64,000 nt of DNA, taken from assembly GCA_964019335.1 (NCBI GenBank), contig OZ025726.1:124001-188000 (forward strand), read 5' to 3'. This stretch comes from Diplonema japonicum (taxonomy: Eukaryota > Protista > Euglenozoa: Diplonemea). The position numbers were made by a program, and so were the translations under genes. Below the pieces are notes generated by a model. It was not told the DNA's origin. It saw only the letters and a program-made list of their open reading frames with translations, and ran no database searches. Below are positions 54,673-64,000 of this stretch, piece after piece (within the stretch, counting starts at the first letter, position 1; each line of letters opens with the position of its first letter).

Positions 54673-57600
54673 TCAATACCCTTCCCTTGGAGACATTGTT
54701 GGTGGAGGTGAGATTGACCGCACAGACTCTGACGACTCAGCGCTGACCGCATTCTCGAACTCAGTGTAGTCAATGAACCCATCGCGGTTGGTGTCCATCT
54801 TGCGAACCAACAGGTCCACCTGCGCTCGCGTGAGGGGGTACCCTTCCAACTCGTTGAGCGAGACGAGAGTGGCACGGAAATCGCCCACAGTGATGGTCCC
54901 CGAGGTAACGCCATCTCGAGAGTAAAAAACGTGTTTCAGCTCGGTCCTGTACCTGTACAGCAGTTTCAACAATGCAGACCCCAATGCGGGGGTGAAAGGC
55001 GCATCTGGTTTCACTCTCACAGGCGGGCACAGTGCCTCTGCGATACCTGTTATGGACAATGTCTTCGTGTTCGGTTCTCTGGTCGCACCGCTTGGAACAC
55101 GCAAGAAAACCTTCATAGGCCTTCGTATCGATGCTGTTTTCAAGGCAGCCTTTGCAACAGTCTGCAACCACCTCTCCAAGCCCTCACGGCGTTGTAGGAT
55201 GGCTCGTTCGGACAGAACCGGGAGCTTCGAGGGCAGCCCGGGAAAATTCTGTTTCAATTGTTTGTTTAACGCAAAGAAATTACTGTAGCGATGGTTGACC
55301 GTCCACGGGTTGCCATTGTCAGGGGTTACTGTGATGGAATACTCGATAAAGGAGTTCAATCCGGGGAAGGTACAGTCGGGTCTGTTCACAGAATGGGATT
55401 TTATGTGAATGGATGAAATGGGAAAGGCTCTCGCAACGGCTTGAAGAGTGAAGGTTTGTTCGTCCTGGTCACCGCCTATCGATGCCGTGAGGTCCGAAAA
55501 GACCTGAGCGTAGTAAGGGACTTTCAAACCCTTTGCAACGGCATCGCGCAGCTCATCGCTGGAGAGCTGCCCGTCATGGTTGACATCGAACTCGTTCAGA
55601 GTTTTCAAAACGTGTTCTTTCCCCATGGGTGCGATTTTTTGTTGAAGTTGTTTCAAACCCTCTTCTCGCCTGTCGTGGCTCCATTCTACATGCATGGTAG
55701 TATCTGGCATGACATGGTTTAGCTTTTCAATGAATTCCTCCTTAGAAATCTCGCCGTCACCTGAAGTGTCGAATGCTCGTGCCAAACCTTCGATTTGTTT
55801 GTTCGATAAAACCTCGAGCGACACGACCTTGCGGATGGCAGCCTTGAACTCCGCGAAGTTCAGCTTTCCTGAATGGTTCTTGTCGAACATCTCGAATGCT
55901 TTTTCGAAATCGATTGCCGAGTCTTTCAGGTATGAAGCAAGTTCACCAACAGCATCGTTGTGCCACTGTAGGATGTTTCCGTAGGCGTTCAAACGTTTCG
56001 TGTATTTGTTGTGCTGGTATGACAAGAATCGTTTCCAGTTTATTCTGTCGCCGACGGCTGAACCACCGCCGAGAAGTAGCCTTTTTAAGGACAATGGGAT
56101 TTGGTCTAGGCGTAGCTCTGCTTGCATTCCTTTCGACCAGTCTTGAGGTGTGATGAGGCCTGTTTTTTTTTTGTCGACGCCGGACCAGTACGCTTCTAGG
56201 GTCTCCTCGTTCTCCACGACCGTTTCTTCAATATACCGGAGCATCAGAGCAAGGTTGTCGGCTTCCTTTCTGGTTTTTTTGCGTTTTTCGATGGGTTTGG
56301 GTTTCCATTTGTGGACGATGGGTCTGCTTGATGTTTCGTCAAACACAAGACACGCGCCCCCATTGCCGTGCCCGCCGTAATTCGACGCGGAGAAAATAGT
56401 GATGAGCTTCCCGTTGTGGTGTAACTTGTAACCTGTCTTTTGTTCTTCGTGCGACCTCACCAGAATCTTCAGGTGGTTTTCCTTTAAGAACGCTTCAGTT
56501 ATGTCCGCACCGAACACAATGCCTTTCCCACGCTGGCTCGGCCCAATCCCCGTGAACTTTTCCGACCGATGTGGGTCCGACCATTTAATATCCGAGATAA
56601 TCTTTTCCTGGCGGTCCGTTCTCGGCTGGAAGTACTCCGGACCTCTGCTGAACGCAGCAAGCTCTTCCAATGTAAGGTTTGGTTCCGACGTCAGCCCACC
56701 GTGTAAAATACAGACCTCACGGTCTAGACAGGTTGCCAACGGTAGCCAGTCGAACAACTGCGAGCAAAGATCGTAAAAACGCAGGTCGTACTTCTGCTTG
56801 CACTCCTCTATGAACCCGTAAAAAACGTTTACTTCGGAATCCTCGTGGTTGCCTCTATTTACGAACACCGCTTCAGGTGTCGCAAGCTTCATGGCAAGAA
56901 TAAGAAGCAAGCATTCAACAGAACTTTCCCCTCTGTCAACGATGTCACCGTTTATAACGTATTTTGTACCGGGGCCTGGGAGACCGTACTCTTCAATAAT
57001 GTGAAGAAGATCGTAAAGAGATCCATGAATGTCGCCGACGACGATGGTTTGCCCGCCCTCGTTGCGAATGTAGTTGACAGTGGGCTCGGATGAGAAAAGG
57101 AGCAAAGCGGCTTCGACGATAGATATTGCGTCGGTCATTGGGACGCGAAGCCCGTTGCTGAAACCCTTTATCATATCTTTAATGGAGGCGGTGGTGGGGC
57201 ATGGTAGAGCTCCCGGTCGCCGTTTTGGGGAATGGTCGATGGACACTGACTCACCGGCTATGTTTAACAACGCGTTTTGCAATTTTTTCATGCGTTCCAT
57301 TCTGGTGACTGTGTGCCATTCTTGGGATTCATCTATCATTTTGAACGCTTCCCACATGGCGTCATCTTCCTTTTGTGTTTTTGCGTTGTGCAGGCGGAAC
57401 ATCCTTTGAATAGTTGCTGCTGCGGATTCTTCTTGAAGCCATTCTTCATCGTATACCTTGAGACGGGAATCGCCTCGCCATAGGCCCATTGCTACGTTTA
57501 CTCCTGCGACTGCTCTCCTGAACCTTCGGAGGCCGTTTCCTGTATTGCTTGTTTCGCCGTCTGGGTCGTCGTTGCTGTTATAGATGCTTTCCGGGTACGG

Positions 57601-57735
57601 ATCCGTTGTTTCAGAATCGTAGAGTTTTGCCGGGTAGGTGTCGGGGTCCTCCTCGACCTCATGGTAGATCAGATCGTCGTCTGAAAGGGTCTGCACGCTG
57701 GTCGTGCTGTGGTACACACTCTCGGGGTACGTCAT
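54673..57735 (-). CDS. PPEF/RdgC-like Ser/Thr phosphatase with IQ motif, EF-hands and an inserted PX domain
   Basis: AATIQRMFR (IQ); GDIHG, GDIVDRG, RGNHE (PPP); DKNHSGKL, DTSGDGEI, DVNHDGQL, DTNRDGFI (EF); HRYSNF...LP..LP...QRREGLERWL (PX). Confidence 0.92.
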   Translation of the reverse strand: MTYPESVYHSTTSVQTLSDDDLIYHEVEEDPDTYPAKLYDSETTDPYPESIYNSNDDPDGETSNTGNGLRRFRRAVAGVNVAMGLWRGDSRLKVYDEEWLQEESAAATIQRMFRLHNAKTQKEDDAMWEAFKMIDESQEWHTVTRMERMKKLQNALLNIAGESVSIDHSPKRRPGALPCPTTASIKDMIKGFSNGLRVPMTDAISIVEAALLLFSSEPTVNYIRNEGGQTIVVGDIHGSLYDLLHIIEEYGLPGPGTKYVINGDIVDRGESSVECLLLILAMKLATPEAVFVNRGNHEDSEVNVFYGFIEECKQKYDLRFYDLCSQLFDWLPLATCLDREVCILHGGLTSEPNLTLEELAAFSRGPEYFQPRTDRQEKIISDIKWSDPHRSEKFTGIGPSQRGKGIVFGADITEAFLKENHLKILVRSHEEQKTGYKLHHNGKLITIFSASNYGGHGNGGACLVFDETSSRPIVHKWKPKPIEKRKKTRKEADNLALMLRYIEETVVENEETLEAYWSGVDKKKTGLITPQDWSKGMQAELRLDQIPLSLKRLLLGGGSAVGDRINWKRFLSYQHNKYTKRLNAYGNILQWHNDAVGELASYLKDSAIDFEKAFEMFDKNHSGKLNFAEFKAAIRKVVSLEVLSNKQIEGLARAFDTSGDGEISKEEFIEKLNHVMPDTTMHVEWSHDRREEGLKQLQQKIAPMGKEHVLKTLNEFDVNHDGQLSSDELRDAVAKGLKVPYYAQVFSDLTASIGGDQDEQTFTLQAVARAFPISSIHIKSHSVNRPDCTFPGLNSFIEYSITVTPDNGNPWTVNHRYSNFFALNKQLKQNFPGLPSKLPVLSERAILQRREGLERWLQTVAKAALKTASIRRPMKVFLRVPSGATREPNTKTLSITGIAEALCPPVRVKPDAPFTPALGSALLKLLYRYRTELKHVFYSRDGVTSGTITVGDFRATLVSLNELEGYPLTRAQVDLLVRKMDTNRDGFIDYTEFENAVSAESSESVRSISPPPTMSPREGY

Positions 57736-57903
57736 TTTTTTTTTTTTTTTTCCCACCTCCCCACCTCCCCTCCCCCCCTTTTTTTTATTGTATAAAAGTG
57801 TTGGAGAGAGAGAAAAAAAAAAAAAAAAGAGAACGAAAAAAAAAGAGAAAAAAAAAAAAATCCTATCAATACTCGCTGTGTAAACTGCGAAATGAGTATA
57901 AAA

Positions 57904-57938
<35 letters not shown>

Positions 57939-58869
57939 GGGGTGACAATAATGCAGGTCCCCAAGTTTTGGCCGATAAAAAGAATAAAAAATAGGGGGGT
58001 GTACGTTAATTGGGCCTCTCGGCAGGTACTGTGAAAAAAAACTTGTTCTTTTTTCTCCCTGAAAGTTGTATCATGAAGTCTTCATTCTGAACATTTGCCC
58101 CCTCCGTGCTTATCACCAAAAGACAGTTCAGTTTCTTCAAGTTTCATTGATGTCCTGAGCCAATTGCGAATACTAGCCAGAAGAACTCTATCAGGACAGA
58201 AAGAGTCGAATTGCTTAGACCAGCGATCGCCGGTCTATCCCCACCTTATCGGGGAGCCTGAATAATGTGATGAAACTTCTGGGTTCGTGAAGAAATATCA
58301 TATCTGGAAGAGAAAAAAAAAAATTCTTTTTTGCGACTTATAAATATATATGTCATTCTTGTTCACGTGCAAGAAAAAAAAAGAAAAAAAAAAGATAAAA
58401 AAAAAGCTGCGGAAGTTTCGGTTCGGGGCACAAATTGCACATCGTTATAAAATCTTTTTTTTTTTTTTGAAAAGATAAATATTTGTAACGGGGGGGAATA
58501 AAAAGAAAAGGGCGTAAAAACAATGCCCTTATTTACCACTGAGAAAAAGCATCTCACTTTAGTAGAATACAGTTTCTGGGTATAGTGTAAAAAAAACAAA
58601 AAAAAAAAATACAATGAATGACAGAAAACACAAAAAAAAAAAACGTGCCAATAACGTGAAAACAACTTGCTGTTTTTTCTTTTTCTATTTGAGATGGGGA
58701 GGGGTGAATACGTAAGTATTTTCTACAATAAAATAGTGCATCTTGCCACCCGTGGCCTGATAATTACAAGGAAAAAAATAAAAGAAAGATGATGAAAAGA
58801 AAAAAGGAGGGGGGGGGGGGGGGGAACTATGGTATGCGTTTTTGCACTCTCCAGGCGAGCTGCAAAATC

Positions 58870-61600
58870 CTAAGGGCAGATCCTTTTGTATTTTTTCAGC
58901 CCATTCAAGACTTTTCTTCGTTGCACCACCTTGGGAATAAAAACGAAGTCCTCTTCTTCCAGCTCGAGCAGGTCCGCCAGGCACATTATCTCCTCTGTTT
59001 CAAAAAGAGCCCCCAACCCGGTCTGCTGGATTTCCTTGAGAAATTCACTGATAGGAGGGTGCAGCAGACACCGTACCGATATGAGCCATTTTCCAACTTC
59101 GCTATATTTAACCTGTTTTTTTTTTTTTTTTTTTTTTTTTTGCACCCCCTTGTCTTACTTGAATTGCTCTTCCATTCGGTATAATGTCCACCAGCCCACT
59201 CTCTTGTGGAACGCACCATGTGATGTCCAGCTTTTGAAACTCGGTCACACTGCAGTCGAGATGGGCGATCTGGGGATGATAAAGAGGTTTTGATTTTTTT
59301 TTTTTTTTTTTTAAATTTCCCCTCTTCCCCATTACACACCGCATCAACTGCTTTCAGAAAGGCAGCCGGGCTTTTCTCAAACATAGGGGAAACCGGGGAC
59401 AACACCTGCCCCCCTGCTTCCTCCCACCTTTTGTGGTAAAACTGTCTCGCAAGATCAATATACGTTCTGAAAGTATGTTGAGACACACATATCGAAGCAC
59501 CGCCGGCCGTGAGCTCCGTTTCATCCCCCGTGAACGGGTCGGAGATCGAGAAGGTTAGATTGGGCGGAAGCGGTTGCTGCAAGTTTTTTTTTTTTTTTTC
59601 CCCCAACATACCTCGACATAGTATTCCGCCAGTTGGGAATAGAGGTGAACAGGAGTCCTCGGCACGGGGAGGCTTTCCTTTCGTTCGGGGTTTGCAGGCG
59701 CGAACAAATCGTGCTGAAAATGCGTGGGGGAAAACGGTGTTTCCGTAGCTGCGGCCTTTTTCCCAAAGTCGAGGGGTTCAGGTGGGTGAGTCACACGCCG
59801 CCGAATAGAAGACCGACTTTTTTTGAGATCACTCGTACTTTGGTTGGGTGTGGCCCCCTTGGGTGAGAACAATGCTGTCGCAAGATCGTTCGAAATCTCA
59901 TTCATTACGCATGATGTTTCCCGCACTACAGGAATCTCCTGGAAATGAGACATTTGCTGTAATAGAACATTTTTCGCCATGCTGCAGTACTCAAGCTTGT
60001 CCTCGAGCAAAACGGGGATGAACCGCCCTTGAGGCAGCAAATCATGTATTTCACTGTTGGCACTGACACACCACGTGACATTCATCTCCTTCCACATTTC
60101 TTCGTCAAATTCTAGCTTCTCTAGCTCATTGACCATGTCAATGAAATCCCTGTCGAGAGAGTTCGGAGACAGTGGAGACAGAGGCATATCAGTGGATCCT
60201 TGCGGAGCCCTCATGGCGTTGTTTATAACTGCTTCAGCGTGCTTGCAATATCGAATCTTGTCTTCAAGAAGAACGTGTTTTTCAATCCCATTCGGAATCA
60301 GTTCAACTTGTATGCCTTGGATGAACGCGGACCATGTGATTTCCATCTCATCCCATTCTTGTTGCGTGTAGGATTCTTGCAGCATGTTTTTTATGATCGG
60401 CATGAAGTCGTGTTTTAAATCGTTAAACATTTTGTCCGGCGATTCCGGTATTTCGGGTGTTTGTTTGATGTTTGGGGAAAACAGATCCTTCGCGAAGTGT
60501 GTGGGGCTGAACGGCCGTTCTTCTTTTTCAATACTGTTTGCATCGCACGCCGCGAAATATTTCTCTTTTTCGTTGAACGTAACCGGTACAACCCGGCCGT
60601 TTGGGATCAGATCGACAAGCTCGCCGTGAGGTCCTGGGGTGCACCATGTTAAATTGAACCCGTCCCATTGTTCCTTTGTCATTGTCGCGTTGCGGTGTTC
60701 GTCTTTGAGGTAATTCTTCATTTGTTCCACGGGTGCTTCCCGTGGTTCCTCCAATTTCTGGGGAATGAGTTTAAGCGCACCGGTTGCCGGTGAAAAGAGA
60801 TCGTGGTCGAAGTGAGTTGGGGAGAACATCTCGGTGTCATTCGATACAGTTTTGCGAAGCCCTGATATGACACGGGATTCCTCGTCGAGTATAGCTTGTT
60901 TTGACATGTTTATAAATTTGAACTTGTCGTCGTGGGCGACCTTTGTTGTTCCGCCGTTTGGGATGAGATCGCCCCATTTCCCATCGCACGGTGCAGACCA
61001 CACCAGGTCCAAGCTGGACCATTCTGTGTCTGTGAAATTGTTGACGAGAAGAACGTCGAGCTGTTGCTGCAAGGAAGCGAGGAGGGCGTATGAAAACGCA
61101 GGGTTTTCATTTTCAGGGCACAGGACTGTTTTACACAGCAAAGAACTATCCAACAATTTGCTATTTGGCGAGTCCATTTCTCTTGTCTCCACGCCCAGAA
61201 CCGAAGCTCGCAGCGGGACGACAACTGGCGCTTTTGGTGAATTCAATAGTTCTATAAACTCTTCCAGGTTTTCCTTTGTCACTGAAATGTCTGATCCGTT
61301 CTTTTTCAACTCGTACCCATTCGCATCGGATCTTTCTGGGACGAAAAATTTCAACTCGAACGGTTGCGTTAGGTCGATCTCGGCCACGTCCCCTTTGCCC
61401 GCGACTGATTTCACTCTATCTTCCCACTCGTAAAACCGCTTGTCCATCGCCTTCGTCATCATTTCCCGGATCACTTTGAAGACCCTGTGCGGTGCTGGAC
61501 GCTGCGTTAACAGCTCAGACACTAGTTCTTCAACTAGACCCGGCAATCGATTTTCTACCAGATAATTCATGTCAGACACGCTCTTCCCTTTCTTATCCAT
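58870..61600 (-). CDS. Protein with N-terminal Dpy-30/RIIa-like motif, seven HECT-small-subdomain-like repeats and a C-terminal SAM-like domain, 4 exons
   Basis: Three short GT-AG introns join the track ORFs; repeated (D/E)LxPNGxxxxV units; terminal FETEEI..LADLLELEEEDF...QRRKVL. Confidence 0.8.
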
Positions 61601-61844
61601 ACGGGGGGTGGTGGTTTTTCGCCCCACCCTTTTTTTTTTTTCCTTTTTTTTTTTTTTTTTTCCCCTTCCCCGCGTCCCTTGCACAGGCTTTTTTTTTTTT
61701 TTTTTTTTTTCTTTTTTTTTTTTTTTCTCTCTCGCGGAAGAAAAATGAAAATCAAGGTGTGTGAAGAAAAGGTACACTCACTCACGGAAACAAAGAATTG
61801 GAGAAAGAAAAAAAAAAAGGGAAAAAAAAAAAAAAAAAGCCATC

Positions 61845-63001
61845 TCATTCATGAGACTTCCCAGTGCCCTCGAGAATGTTAGTCCGGAACCTTTTTTTTT
61901 TTTTTTTTTTTCTTTTTTTTTTTTTTTTTCCGCGAGCGGGATTTCTTTACATACCAAATAACACCACCCCATTTTGTCCCTTTTTTCACGTCACAACCGC
62001 CGTGAAGGGAGTACGGATCCAAGGACCTGTCCGGCCGCATGTCGTAAAGGAGAAAAGCCGAGCCTTTTCGAGGGTGGACCTGCAGGCCTTGCTGACAAGC
62101 GGACTCCTTATAATTGGGAGGGTTCCGCCCGCCGTTGGCGCGGGGTATCGTGGTGGCACCACCCGCCTCCGTATCATTCAGGTAGATGAAGAAGGTGGCC
62201 ATTCGGTTGGAAGACTGCTTGCCGTACATGTTGGGATCGAAGTCTTTTTTTTTTTTTTTTTTTCTCCCTTCCCCATTTCATACAATCATGATGCGAGTCA
62301 TAGTGCTGGTCCTGCCCGTAGTGAAGGACATTCATAGGTTCGTGCCAAGTAGTTTGCAACATGGTCTGTGTTCTCTTATTCAAGTTTCCGAAGTTTGCGC
62401 CATCCAAATTAAGCCACGTTGATTTCGACGTCCTCACCTCCTGAGTTGACGACTCTCCTGCTTTATGCTTTAACGTAAGTGCGACCTGCGAGCGAAGGAG
62501 TTTTGGTTCGCACTCTCTTACGACGGCCTCGACTTCAGCATCCGTGGCGAATTTCGGAAAAAATATTATCCTCGGTTTTGTAGACACTGTGATGAACAGG
62601 CGGTCCTCTCGGTCTGGGTACTTAAACGCAGGGTTCTCTCCATATTCATAACCAGGGGGCAGCTTGTCGCCATCGATTTTCGTTATGTCGTAGTCCGCCT
62701 TGATGGCTTTGCTGTCATACTGTGCGAGCTTCGCACCTACGGGCAGACCGTGGAAATCCCATTCTCCTTCTTCCGGTATATCAAGTCCATTCCACTTTTT
62801 CATTTTCCGATCGTCCTTCTTCTCTGGTTTTGAGGAGGTTGTTTTCCCCCCTTTTTGCAGGTAGTCCACCACCCCGTGCCGTTCTAACCGTTCTTGGTGG
62901 CTACCTAAATTCGGCCACACGAAAATACTGCCCAAAGTGATCATTGAGCACATCGAAATAGTAAGGATCCACACCAGCATCTTGGAGGGTCGCCAACCCA
63001 T
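61845..63001 (-). CDS. Prolyl 4-hydroxylase (2OG-Fe(II) dioxygenase), type II membrane protein, 3 exons
   Basis: VRTS, HYDSHHDYF, NRMATFFIYLND, GGAT, SLHGGCDV..GTKW after splicing two poly(A)-rich introns. Confidence 0.92.
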
Positions 63002-63089
63002 TTTTCTTCAAATATTGTGTGTCCTGTGGAGGGGGGAGGAGGTGTTTCTTACAAGACAATACAAATATAATATCATCAGTTTAACTCCC

Positions 63090-63998
63090 TCACATAGTGC
63101 CGACATCGATGGTATACACAGCATGGGTGTCGCGGTCTTCATATTCAACCTTTGAGATGGTTAGTTGGGGTATGGCGAGCAAGCCGTCTTTTCTTGCAGT
63201 TTCGATTTCTTCTACCAAGCCTTCCATACCACCCGATGCTACCCATGTTTTGAAGTTTCCGTAGTGGCCGGATTGGAACTCCATGACAGTGTTGCGGAAC
63301 TGTGAAAGATTCCAGAAGCCGTAGGCTTTGGGGGTGAAGTCAAGAACGAGGATCTTCCCGTCGTGGGTTTTTTTGGCCATTTCTTCGACGATGGCGATGC
63401 GACGCTTGGGGTCCAGCTCGTGCAGACACATTGATATAACAGAGTGTGTGAACTTCTTGTCGAGATTCTTCAAATCAAGGACGTCAAGGTTCATGGGAGT
63501 GACGTTCGAAAAACGCTTTTGAGAAAAAAGCTTCACAGCGCTGTTGTACGCGGCAGTATCCTTGTCAATGGTGGTGATAGAGCCATCTTTATCATAAGTC
63601 TCCAAGGCTATCATGCCAGTTAGAACTGCGTTCCCCGTACCAACGTCGAGAATCACTGGGCGTTGGGTATTTTCGAACTCCTTTACGAGTAGTACTCTTG
63701 TTAAAAAGGCTGATTTTCCGTCGTCGTAAAAAAAAATAAATATTGGCACGCCGAGTACCGTCACCATCGACACCACCTTGATCAAGGATGCTACCCATGA
63801 TTTCAGCCCGCCTCCTCGGGACCTCTTCCCGTGCCATAGTTCTGCCGCCCAGTTGTTGACGCCGACCGTCGCCACTTTTGGCCGCCAGCCTTTTTTCGAG
63901 CTTCCCCTGGCTTGAGCGAGTTTCATGCCCGAGCTGATGCCGACGGAGGACTCGTAGCCCTTCTCGCTTCGCTTCCGCCCCATCTCCCGTATCTTCAT
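63090..63998 (-). CDS. Class I SAM-dependent methyltransferase with one TM segment (start may lie outside the window)
   Basis: ILDVGTG, TID, LHE, GKILVLDF motifs. Confidence 0.85.
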   Translation of the reverse strand: MKIREMGRKRSEKGYESSVGISSGMKLAQARGSSKKGWRPKVATVGVNNWAAELWHGKRSRGGGLKSWVASLIKVVSMVTVLGVPIFIFFYDDGKSAFLTRVLLVKEFENTQRPVILDVGTGNAVLTGMIALETYDKDGSITTIDKDTAAYNSAVKLFSQKRFSNVTPMNLDVLDLKNLDKKFTHSVISMCLHELDPKRRIAIVEEMAKKTHDGKILVLDFTPKAYGFWNLSQFRNTVMEFQSGHYGNFKTWVASGGMEGLVEEIETARKDGLLAIPQLTISKVEYEDRDTHAVYTIDVGTM

Positions 63999-64000
63999 CT

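Noticed and set aside
58562-58587. Second SL-like match TACAGTTTCTG
   Set aside because: An 11-nt antisense match, compatible with chance.
2508-62290. Non-canonical (non GT-AG) euglenozoan introns or programmed frameshifts at A-runs
   Set aside because: Every frame break examined is resolved by a GT-AG intron that restores conserved protein sequence.
1-64000. Genome-wide stop-codon reassignment as the explanation for the LINE UGA
   Set aside because: Host genes end at TAA, TAG and TGA, and all apparent internal stops are removed by GT-AG introns.
1-64000. CRISPR arrays, tRNA or rRNA genes
   Set aside because: No regularly spaced repeats, cloverleafs or rRNA signatures were recognised by eye; tRNAscan/Infernal were not run.

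Overview
Eukaryotic nuclear DNA, most likely a euglenozoan of diplonemid type. This rests on kinetoplastid-like enolase and amastin-like genes, unidirectional gene order, cis-introns, and a relic resembling the diplonemid spliced leader. About 28 host genes all lie on the minus strand, separated by A/T-homopolymer spacers, consistent with a polycistronic, trans-spliced cluster. Manual splicing resolves 34 GT-AG introns. Thirty are about 33-72 nt and many end in a poly(A) run rather than a polypyrimidine tract; the four long ones each carry inserted foreign sequence. Mobile DNA: (1) a near-intact 6.7-kb non-LTR retrotransposon whose ORF2 begins with an OTU cysteine-protease domain and is in frame with ORF1 behind a single UGA; (2) a decayed piggyBac and a piggyBac-type MITE, both intronic; (3) two copies of a TTAA-bounded Crypton-like element; (4) a five-copy ~45-nt hairpin repeat; (5) other remnants. 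Most short ORFs in the supplied track are antisense shadows or homopolymer artefacts. All family assignments come from motif recognition, not database searches.
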